From positions 1 through 34,397 of the forward strand of contig CAYPQH010000005.1 in NCBI GenBank assembly GCA_964412825.1: 34,397 bases of DNA, read 5' to 3'. The notes under the pieces are model-generated. The model was not told the origin of the DNA. It saw only the letters and a list, made by a program, of their open reading frames with translations, and made no database searches. A program made the translations under genes and the position numbers. Below are positions 19,209 to 27,840 of the stretch, one piece after another (the stretch's first letter is position 1; each line of letters opens with the position of its first letter). Source of the DNA: an uncultured Nitrospinaceae bacterium. GTDB taxonomy: Bacteria > Nitrospinota > Nitrospinia > Nitrospinales > VA-1.

Positions 19209-19852
19209 TCCTTTTCTGCAAGCTGGTTCCTAACGTAAAGGATTCTTTGCACAGCCGTATAATTACCCAGAGCGGCGATAATTAAAATAGTACCTATCAT
19301 AATAAAAGGGCCCACGACAGGAAGACCCGCCAATAATGAGCCCAATATTAGAAGGGCCAGACGTTCCGGCCTTTGCATCCAGCCGATCTTGCAATCGACG
19401 CCCAAACCTTCGGCTCGGGCACGCGTGTAACTGACCATGAACGAACCCGACAATGCCAGAAGAATGATCATTACCACTACGGACCCAAGCGCCGACTCCG
19501 GGTTTTCTCGGGACAGGCTGGAAAAATGCCAGGCCAGACCCAGAAAAATAAACAACTCGCTGAACCGGTCTATGGAACTGTCCAGAAAAGCCCCAAACAG
19601 GGAAATTTTACCGGTCAGTCTCGCCATTTGGCCATCCAGCACGTCGCATGTTCCTGCTAGAATCAGGATCAACCCCGCGCAAAAAAATGAACCCCCTGCA
19701 TAAATCAACCCGGAGATCATACTCAGAGACAAACCCGCCAGGGACAGAGCGTTGGGGCTCACGCCCAGGCCGGAAAGAAAACGGCAGAAAGGCGCAATCG
19801 CCTGAACAAAGCCCTCCTTGATTTTTTCACTCAATATGGAAAACTCCGACAT
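19196..19852 (-). CDS. CDP-alcohol phosphatidyltransferase, PI/PIP-synthase-like
   Basis: SPNALS, the family signature DVLDGQMAR...FGAFLDSSIDR, and SYTRARAEGLG...GWMQRPER typical of the PIP-synthase/archaetidylinositol-phosphate-synthase subgroup. Confidence 0.88.
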   Translation of the reverse strand: MSEFSILSEKIKEGFVQAIAPFCRFLSGLGVSPNALSLAGLSLSMISGLIYAGGSFFCAGLILILAGTCDVLDGQMARLTGKISLFGAFLDSSIDRFSELFIFLGLAWHFSSLSRENPESALGSVVVMIILLALSGSFMVSYTRARAEGLGVDCKIGWMQRPERLALLILGSLLAGLPVVGPFIMIGTILIIAALGNYTAVQRILYVRNQLAEKDQEE

Positions 19853-19889
19853 CTTCGATCGACCTCATGCACCCAACCTGAGTTTACTT

Positions 19890-22800
19890 TCATCCTCCAG
19901 ATTTCTGCGTTGCCTGACTCCCATTGCCCGCGACAGTCAAGGGTGCGTCCTCATCCTGTTCCTCCTCGTCGTCATCGTCCTCCTGGTTTTTGATTTCCTC
20001 CAACAACCAGGGAACCATTTGATCGATGCTGGGTCCCCCCAGAAAACGCACAACCGGAACGGTGATTTGTAAATCCGTTTCGATTCGGACAATCAACTCC
20101 ATGGCCATGAGTGAATCGAGACCCAAATCTGTCAGCGGGAGATCCATTTCAAGCTTGGATGGGGACAATCTTAAAACCCTTGCGATAGACTCCTTGAGAT
20201 GTTCTCCAAGAATCTCGGTTCGCTCTTCAGGAGAAGCCGCCAATAGTTTGGCCCGGATGAGATCATCGCCTTCCATGTCTCCAGCGTTCTCACCCTGGAC
20301 ATCATCCCCCAGCACATAAGAAAACCTTGGCGGGTTGGAACCCGAACGACTGAGAGAAAGCAGTTTTTTCCAATCCACTGGAAAAATACCGGTTTGAACC
20401 GGATTTTTATGCATCATTCGACCCAGCATCAGAACCGCCTGCCGGGAAGTCAGACTCATCAACCCCTGGCTCTCCAGACTTTTGATCAAGCCTTTTTGCC
20501 TGGCCGCCACCCCCACACCAGACAAGGGACCCCAGTCGATCACCTGTCCTGAATGACCCTGAGCCCTGCGATATCGGGCCAACGACTCGAGGAAAGCATT
20601 GGCGGCCACATAGTTTGCCTGTCCCGGATTGCCCACCACATTTGCCACCGATGAGAACATGACGAAAAAATCCAACGACTTGGTTTGTTGATGCAGGTTC
20701 CAGGCTCCGTGAACTTTCGCGGCCATGACTCGTTTGAAACGCTTTGGAGTCAGATGAATCATGAGGCCGTCGTCCAGGACAACCGCACCGTGCATGATTC
20801 CCTTTAGTGACGGCATGTTGGATTCGATCTCCTGCAATATTCGGCTGACATCTTCCGCCTGAGAAACATCGCCCCGGACCACCCGAACCACTGCCCCCTG
20901 CTCCTCCATTTGGGTGATGGCCGACTGCGCTTCCTTAGAGAGTGTCTCGCTCCGGCCCATGAGCGCGAGATGCCTTGCTCCCTGCTCAACCATCCACCCG
21001 GCAATGGCCAACCCAAAACCCCCCAGGCCGCCGGTGATCAGATACGTAACATCGGCCGAAAACTTTATTGAAACATCTTCATCCTGGGAGATTTTTAAAT
21101 CCGGTTCTTCCAGAGACAAAACCACTTTCCCCATATGTCTGGCCTGAGCCATAGTGCGAAAAGCGTCCACCGCATTGGATATGGGAAACACACGATTGGG
21201 AAGCGGATGCAGGTTGCCTTCCCCCATGTGGCGCATGATTTCCGTAAAAATAGCGCGAAACTCGTTGCCCAGAGATAAAAACCCCTGCTTGATGTCCACC
21301 ATGGTGATGAACGAAATTCCCTTCAAAAAGGGTCGCAATCCTAATTTGTTATTTTCATAGATATCGCGTTTTCCGATTTCCAGAAAACGGCCCAGGGGCT
21401 TGAGAATTTCAATGCTTTTAAAAATAAATTTACCGGCAAGTGAATTCAAAACCAGATCCACACCTTCGCCTCCGGTCTGATCCATGATCTGTTCCGCAAA
21501 GGCAAGCGATCGGGAATCGAAAATGTGTTTCACTCCCAGATCGCGAAGGAAACCTCTTTTTTCGTCATTGCCTGCGGTGGCAAACACTTCCGCACCGGCA
21601 AGCTGGGCAATTTGCACCGCCGCCATTCCCACGCCGCCTGATGCCGCGTGGATCAAAACCCGTTCGCCCTTTTTCAGGTTGCCCGCAGAATGCAACATGT
21701 ACCAGGCGGTTAAAAAAGTCACCGGGATGGTGGCGGCGTCTTCAAAACTGATCTGTTTCGGTTTGTGCGCCGTGGCAAACGCCGGAGCCATCGTGTAAGA
21801 ACCGAAGCATCCGCCTCCTGAAAGAGCCGCCACTTCATCTCCAACCTGAAAGCCCTGCACGCCTTCGCCCACTCTGCTCACCACTCCCGAACACTCCAAC
21901 CCCAGTGTCTCCCAAGTGTTTTTCACGCCTTCGAGCTCACCGGGAAGCAGCCCCAAGCCGATCATCACGTCTCGAAAATTAAGGCCCGCCGAACACACTC
22001 TGATTTCCAGTTCGCCCGGACCGGGCCGGGAACGCTCAAGAGACCGGAGCTTGAAATTTTCCAGAATTCCGGGCGTTCCGATGTCCATGACGAAAGACGG
22101 CACCTCTGTTTTTTCACCTCGGACAAAACCATCCGCAGAAATTTCTTTGGGCTCCGGGCGATGCAAACGACAAACAAATCGCCCATTTTGACGTAACGCA
22201 ATTTCTTCTTCCTTGTCATTTTTCCACAGCTCATCAAACAACGCGCTCGCCGGGTCGGCCCCGACTTCAGGGTCGAGGTCTACAATCTTGCATTTGAAAT
22301 TGGATTGCTCGGACTGGATCACCCGGCCAATTCCCCAAACCGGGCCCTGCGCCACCGAAATATTTTTTTCGTTGGGTTGCACGAGTTGAGCGCCCCGGGT
22401 GACGATGAAAAGCCTGGGCGCTTTGGACCATTTAGTATGGCTGAGTTCATTGATGAGATAAATAACGCTCATATTCCCGAGAGATTCCATTTTTTGCAAG
22501 GAGCTTAACGACAGACCCTCGGTCTCAGGCAAATCCACATTCCATAAATGAACGATCCCGCGCAGCGCAGGCCCTTGCTTTCTCACCAGATCAATCAAAT
22601 CCCCCATGTCTTCCAGGGAATCCGGCCGCATTTGTATTTGCCCGCCCTCGCCTGCTGTAAACTCTTCTCCGGGAGACACAAGAAAACAATTTTCGCCCTG
22701 GCTTTTTAAGGATTCGGCCAGAGCCTGCCCCACTCCTTTACTGTCATTGAATAGCAACCAACTGCCTTTTTTATTGGGTCCGGGGTTTTTAGTTTCCTGT

Positions 22801-25800
22801 AAAGAATCGCCTGCGTTGACTTTGGGGCCTCTTGCGATCAGAAACGTTTGCAATGCATTGCCGCCCTTGGGCATATCAGCCCATTCAGACACATTTTGAA
22901 ATCCCGCCTCTTGCAACTCCCTTGATAAAACAAAAGCCGACTCATTTTCCGCCCCGGAATCCAGTTCACAAGACCCCAGAATCAATCGCAACCAGCTGGA
23001 GGTTGAGTTCCAATCAAGTTCAAGAAGAAGACCCTCGGATGCCAGTAACTTTTTGATATTCCCAAGAACGTTTTGCGGTTCACCAAAGTTCAGGCGTGAC
23101 CCAAAAACCAGATCAACAGAGTGGGGAGAAAATTCCTGATCGTCTGGAGAAATTTTTAAGTCCAGCGTTTGAAACTCCACGAATGAAAATTCGCGCAGTT
23201 TCTGCTCAGCTTTTTCAAGTTTTTCTTCAGACGATTCGGTGTGAATATATTCCACCCGGTCCTCAGGGCAGTGGCGAAGAAAGGCCGGAGCTATCGGTGT
23301 GCCTCCAATTGCCAATACTCTTAACTTTCGCCCCTTGGGCAAATGCTCGAATAATGAGGAAACAATTTTTTGCAATTGAAAATTAGTGCTCCGCGTGCTG
23401 CACGCGCTCAACTGGAGACGCTCCAAAATCGCGTCTGGTTCCGGAAAAATGCTTTCGAGGCTTTCGCATTCACCCGTGAGAATACCCGCAAGGTTTTCTC
23501 CCGCCAGTCTCAACAAGTTGAGTTCGGCTAAATAGGAGGGGAATTCTCCGATCAGCGATTTCCAGATTTTTTGCGGATTTTCACTTTCGGTTGCACCGGA
23601 ACCCATCTTCCATAGGTCCGCTTCCTTCCTTAGAATTCCTTCATTCGCGAGAATTGAAAAGCAGTTTTCCAGGTAGGCCAGGTGTTTGGGGTTCAGCTTG
23701 AACTGTTCGATAAAAGACCCGGCAGAAAACTCTGTCAGGGACTCAAAACCGGGCGCGATACTTTTTAACGCACTCAGAACATAAGCCGCGCTCAGACGAT
23801 TGAACCGGGGTTCAATGGAATCATAAAAATGGGAAGGATTGAGAACCGGAGCCAGATCATCCAGATTCTTATCCAATAAAGTTGCGATTTGATCGGGGGA
23901 CGGGAGAAAGGCGGCGGCATTCATGCGCGTGTCCGAGCCTTTTTCTGTGGAGAGTTCCCAGCGCCATTGATAAAGCCAGTTTTCCGGGTTTTGCAGGTCC
24001 CGCCCACGGGACGGATTCAACGCGCGGAAATGAAGCCCCTGGCACTCAACCCAAATTTTTCCCGAATCATCAAACAGTGTCATATCGACCACGGCCTGAC
24101 TGCTGTCAAAATTCACCGCTTTCACGTGGACCCAAAGAGGGCCTTTGGGGGAGCCGTTGAATTGCAGACGGTCCACCCCGACTGGGAGAAAAAGTTTTTT
24201 CCCAAGCGTTTCCGATTCCAAAGCCAGTAATGCAGAAACCTGAAAGGCCGCATCCAGAATGGCGGGGTGGATCTGGTAAGGCTTGACATTAAGACCCAGA
24301 TTTTTGGGGCTTTTCAGCAATGCCAGAGCCTCTCCATCACCGCGCCAGGAGCGTTCGATCCCCTGGAAGGCCGGACCATAGAACAAGCCCATTTTCTCAA
24401 AGGTTTCGTAAAGCTCTTTCGACACGACTTCATTCACGCATCGGCTTTTAATTTTTTCCAGGTCGATTTTTCTTGGAGCCTTGTGGTTGAATTGATCGCC
24501 CAGTGTTCCTTTAGCATGCAAGGTCCAGGTTTGATTGGCCCGGTCGGAAAGGCTGTGAATTTTAAAGGAACCATCGGAGGGATCGTGGGTCATCTGGGTT
24601 TTGAGTCCACGATTTTTTGGGAGAACCAGTGCGTTTTGAAACTCCACCGATTCCAACACACAAGACGTGCCCTCATTGACACGGCTGGCCAGAGCCAAAG
24701 CCCACTCTATAAAACCCGCCCCAGGAAAAATGAGGAGTTTCTTGACGACATGGTCGCCAAGATACGTCAGGTCCCGTTTGTCAATGCGGGATTGCCACCC
24801 GGAGGATGAAAACTCCATCTCCCAACCGAGGAAGGGATGAACATCGGGAGCAAAAGGATCGTATCCTTTTTCCTCTCTTTCATGCCAATAACGTTCTCTC
24901 TGCCAGGGATAATAAGGAAGAGAAACGCAACGACCGCCATTTGGAAAAATCGGATTCCAATCGATGGATCGCCCCAGGCTGTACAGGTTCCCTAATGAAG
25001 TCACCATGACCTTACGGTCTTCCTCCTTGTGCTTGAGTGAAGGAAGAACCGTTCCCTGCCGTTTTAAATGGGAAAGGCATTCTGAGATATTGGCACCCAA
25101 AACGGGATGCGGACTGAGCTCCAAAAACGTCGTATACCCATCCTGGACCAGCTTTTCGGTCGCTTTATAAAACCGGACCGGGTTCCTGACATTGTCCCAC
25201 CAGTAATCGGCTCCCATTTGATCCCCGCGCTCTAGTTTTCCTCGCACGGTTGAGTAGAAAGGCAGGGACCCGGTTTGGCATTGAAGACCATTCAGGGATT
25301 CCATTAAATCCTTGTGGACCGAATCCATCTGATGGCTATGAAAGGCATAATTCACATGCAGGTAACGACAGAATATTTCTTTTTGTTCCAAAGGCTCCAT
25401 CAATTTTTCCAGAGCCTCGGGATCGCCGGACACGGTGACGGACTTGGGGCTGTTCACCGCCGCCAGGGAAATTTTGTTTTCCCAGCCTTTGAGCAGGTAG
25501 GCGGCTTTTTCTTCGGGAACACCAACGACCGCCATCTTGCCTTTTCCGGCCATTTTATGGAGCCAGCGTCCGCGATGATAAACCACGCGCACCGCGTCCT
25601 CCAGGGAATAAATCCCCGCAACATGAGCCGCCGCCGCTTCTCCGATGCTGTGGCCTATAACTGCGGATGGTTCGATGCCCCACGAGCGCCATAAATCGGC
25701 GAGACCCACCTGAATGGAAAATAACGCCGGTTGGGTGAGGTGAGTTTCGTTGATTTTAGATTGGCTCTCCTCAGCCATCAATTCTTCTAACAGGGACCAG

Positions 25801-27563
25801 TCGGCATGTCGGCTGAATAATTCATCGCACTTCTTGATGGTCGCGCGAAATATCGGTTCCTGCTCCATCAATTGACGGCCCATCCCCCACCATTGGGGAC
25901 CCTGCCCGGAAAATACAAACGCTATTTTTGGCTTTTCTTCTTCCGAGTTACCTCCACCGATTTTTTTTCCGGTAGACAGCCCATGATATTTATCATCGTT
26001 CAAAAATGCCTGCAGTCCATCTTTAAAGTCCTGAACCGACTGACCCGTCAGAGCGAAACGGTGGTCGTGATGGCTCCGCCTTAAAGCAGCGGTGTAGCAG
26101 ACGTCTTGCAGGTCACCGGGCGTCCAGTCATCCTTTGCGGCAAAGAAATCGACGTACTGCCTGGCAAAATCCTTCAAGGCTTCCTGACTGCGGGCCGAAA
26201 CGGGCAGGCAGAAAAAAGAATCGTCATCGCAGATTTGCTCCGGTGATCCGGATTCGATGGGCAGAGGATATTCCTGCAAAATCAGGTTTGCGTTGGTGCC
26301 ACCAAAGCCAAACGAATTGATGCCTGCAAGTGCCGGTTCGTCCCTTTTGGGCCAGGGGATCAGACTTTCGGGAACCTGCAATTGCAGTTTTTCAAAATCT
26401 ATTTCAGGATGCGGTTGATTGAAATGAAGGTTGGGAGGAATCTGTTTGTGTTTCAACGCAAGCGCCACTTTCATCAAACCCGCGATTCCTGAGGCGGATT
26501 CCAAATGACCGATATTGCTTTTTACCGAGCCCATATAGCAAACATTGTCTACAGGCCGGTTTTCAGAGAGAACCTCGCCCTGGGCATTGGCTTCTATCGG
26601 GTCGCCCAGGGGAGTCCCGGTCCCATGCGCTTCCAGGTATTGAATCTGGTTTGGTGAGATCCCGGCTTTTTCACAACCTTCCCGCAACAAAGTCTTCTGA
26701 GACTCTCCATTGGGAACGGGCATCGCCCAGGTTCGACCATCTTGATTGGAAGTGGAAGAAAGGATGAGCGAGTAAATGGGGTCTTTGTCCTCTAAAGCTT
26801 TGCTAAGCGGCTTTAAGATCGCAATTCCTGCGCCCTCTCCACGCACATAGCCGTTGCCCGCCGCGTCGAAAGATTTGCACCGCCCATCGGGAGACAACAT
26901 GCCCCCTTTGCCCAGACCTACGGTAACATCGGGAACAAGAATCGCATTGACTCCACCGGTGACAGCCAGGGTCGATTCTCCATTCCAAATACTCTGACAA
27001 GCCAGATGCGCGGCAACCAGAGAAGACGAACACGCCGTGTCGGTTATCAGACTCGGGCCTTTAAAATCAAAAATATAGGAAATTCGATTGGCACCCACGC
27101 TCAAAGCCACACCCGAAACGGTTTGCCCTTCTATAGCATGCAGATCCAGTTTCAGGTAACTCTGATATTCCCAGCCTGAAACTCCTAAAAAAACTCCAAC
27201 GGAAGTTCCCGCGAGACGCTCCGGCACTTGACCGCCGTCCTCCATGGCCTGCCAGACACATTCCAGCAGAATTCTTTGTTGCGGGTCCATTTGAATAGCT
27301 TCGCGGGGAGATATCTCAAAAAACCGCGCATCGAACATTTGCATGGATTCGATGAACCCGCCCCACCGGGTTGTCATTTTACCTGGAGCTTTTGGATTCG
27401 GACTGTAATAATTTTCTATATTCCAACGGTCGGGTGGAACCTCTATAATGGCGTCTTTTCCCTGACTGAGAAGGTTCCAATACTCCTGGGGGGAATTGGA
27501 ACCACCGGGAAACCTGCAACCCAATCCGATGATGGCAATAGGTTCTTTCTTGTTCGAACTCAT
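19890..27563 (-). CDS. Single-module reducing type I polyketide/fatty acid synthase (KS-AT-DH-pseudoMT-ER-KR-ACP)
   Basis: KS: DTACSSS, EAHGTGT, KSNIGHLE. AT: FSGQG, GHSIGE, YAFHS. DH: HPFLG, DHVVKKLLIFP, HPAILDAAFQ. ER: GLNFRD, IHAASGGVG. KR: TGGLGGFG, LDDG, GQANYVAAN. ACP: LGLDSLMA. No TE domain. Confidence 0.95.
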   Translation of the reverse strand: MSSNKKEPIAIIGLGCRFPGGSNSPQEYWNLLSQGKDAIIEVPPDRWNIENYYSPNPKAPGKMTTRWGGFIESMQMFDARFFEISPREAIQMDPQQRILLECVWQAMEDGGQVPERLAGTSVGVFLGVSGWEYQSYLKLDLHAIEGQTVSGVALSVGANRISYIFDFKGPSLITDTACSSSLVAAHLACQSIWNGESTLAVTGGVNAILVPDVTVGLGKGGMLSPDGRCKSFDAAGNGYVRGEGAGIAILKPLSKALEDKDPIYSLILSSTSNQDGRTWAMPVPNGESQKTLLREGCEKAGISPNQIQYLEAHGTGTPLGDPIEANAQGEVLSENRPVDNVCYMGSVKSNIGHLESASGIAGLMKVALALKHKQIPPNLHFNQPHPEIDFEKLQLQVPESLIPWPKRDEPALAGINSFGFGGTNANLILQEYPLPIESGSPEQICDDDSFFCLPVSARSQEALKDFARQYVDFFAAKDDWTPGDLQDVCYTAALRRSHHDHRFALTGQSVQDFKDGLQAFLNDDKYHGLSTGKKIGGGNSEEEKPKIAFVFSGQGPQWWGMGRQLMEQEPIFRATIKKCDELFSRHADWSLLEELMAEESQSKINETHLTQPALFSIQVGLADLWRSWGIEPSAVIGHSIGEAAAAHVAGIYSLEDAVRVVYHRGRWLHKMAGKGKMAVVGVPEEKAAYLLKGWENKISLAAVNSPKSVTVSGDPEALEKLMEPLEQKEIFCRYLHVNYAFHSHQMDSVHKDLMESLNGLQCQTGSLPFYSTVRGKLERGDQMGADYWWDNVRNPVRFYKATEKLVQDGYTTFLELSPHPVLGANISECLSHLKRQGTVLPSLKHKEEDRKVMVTSLGNLYSLGRSIDWNPIFPNGGRCVSLPYYPWQRERYWHEREEKGYDPFAPDVHPFLGWEMEFSSSGWQSRIDKRDLTYLGDHVVKKLLIFPGAGFIEWALALASRVNEGTSCVLESVEFQNALVLPKNRGLKTQMTHDPSDGSFKIHSLSDRANQTWTLHAKGTLGDQFNHKAPRKIDLEKIKSRCVNEVVSKELYETFEKMGLFYGPAFQGIERSWRGDGEALALLKSPKNLGLNVKPYQIHPAILDAAFQVSALLALESETLGKKLFLPVGVDRLQFNGSPKGPLWVHVKAVNFDSSQAVVDMTLFDDSGKIWVECQGLHFRALNPSRGRDLQNPENWLYQWRWELSTEKGSDTRMNAAAFLPSPDQIATLLDKNLDDLAPVLNPSHFYDSIEPRFNRLSAAYVLSALKSIAPGFESLTEFSAGSFIEQFKLNPKHLAYLENCFSILANEGILRKEADLWKMGSGATESENPQKIWKSLIGEFPSYLAELNLLRLAGENLAGILTGECESLESIFPEPDAILERLQLSACSTRSTNFQLQKIVSSLFEHLPKGRKLRVLAIGGTPIAPAFLRHCPEDRVEYIHTESSEEKLEKAEQKLREFSFVEFQTLDLKISPDDQEFSPHSVDLVFGSRLNFGEPQNVLGNIKKLLASEGLLLELDWNSTSSWLRLILGSCELDSGAENESAFVLSRELQEAGFQNVSEWADMPKGGNALQTFLIARGPKVNAGDSLQETKNPGPNKKGSWLLFNDSKGVGQALAESLKSQGENCFLVSPGEEFTAGEGGQIQMRPDSLEDMGDLIDLVRKQGPALRGIVHLWNVDLPETEGLSLSSLQKMESLGNMSVIYLINELSHTKWSKAPRLFIVTRGAQLVQPNEKNISVAQGPVWGIGRVIQSEQSNFKCKIVDLDPEVGADPASALFDELWKNDKEEEIALRQNGRFVCRLHRPEPKEISADGFVRGEKTEVPSFVMDIGTPGILENFKLRSLERSRPGPGELEIRVCSAGLNFRDVMIGLGLLPGELEGVKNTWETLGLECSGVVSRVGEGVQGFQVGDEVAALSGGGCFGSYTMAPAFATAHKPKQISFEDAATIPVTFLTAWYMLHSAGNLKKGERVLIHAASGGVGMAAVQIAQLAGAEVFATAGNDEKRGFLRDLGVKHIFDSRSLAFAEQIMDQTGGEGVDLVLNSLAGKFIFKSIEILKPLGRFLEIGKRDIYENNKLGLRPFLKGISFITMVDIKQGFLSLGNEFRAIFTEIMRHMGEGNLHPLPNRVFPISNAVDAFRTMAQARHMGKVVLSLEEPDLKISQDEDVSIKFSADVTYLITGGLGGFGLAIAGWMVEQGARHLALMGRSETLSKEAQSAITQMEEQGAVVRVVRGDVSQAEDVSRILQEIESNMPSLKGIMHGAVVLDDGLMIHLTPKRFKRVMAAKVHGAWNLHQQTKSLDFFVMFSSVANVVGNPGQANYVAANAFLESLARYRRAQGHSGQVIDWGPLSGVGVAARQKGLIKSLESQGLMSLTSRQAVLMLGRMMHKNPVQTGIFPVDWKKLLSLSRSGSNPPRFSYVLGDDVQGENAGDMEGDDLIRAKLLAASPEERTEILGEHLKESIARVLRLSPSKLEMDLPLTDLGLDSLMAMELIVRIETDLQITVPVVRFLGGPSIDQMVPWLLEEIKNQEDDDDEEEQDEDAPLTVAGNGSQATQKSGG

Positions 27564-27840
27564 TTAATATTCCAAGCCGTTGCTTTCGTTGATATCTTCG
27601 GGGAAAGGACTTCCCTGAAACCTTTTCCTTAAATTCCAGTGATGAGGAGGGTATTCTAATTTGTTGCACAATTGGAAGCAAATGATTTATTGATGGTTTC
27701 TCTTCTGTTACCTTTAAATAATAATATCCATCTGGATCGTCTTTCACCGCACGTTTTTTCTTCGTTGAAAAACCCAAGATATCATATAGTTCAAAAGCAT
27801 TGCGTTTCATAGAACGGCCAAACCATCAGGAGTCATTTTA

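Noticed and set aside
19890-27563. Reading the PKS as an antibiotic-type secondary-metabolite cluster or a PUFA synthase
   Set aside because: It is a single module with one ACP, with no Pfa-type tandem ACP/CLF domains, tailoring or resistance genes, and its neighbours are membrane-lipid enzymes.
20026-27632. Many short ORFs antisense or out of frame within the PKS, and similar shadow ORFs elsewhere (e.g. 17163..17762, 29171..29686)
   Set aside because: They overlap well-supported genes and show no family motifs, as expected for shadow ORFs.
27379-27810. 143-aa minus-strand ORF spanning the PKS upstream region
   Set aside because: It overlaps the PKS start out of frame, occupies the divergent promoter region and has no recognisable motif.
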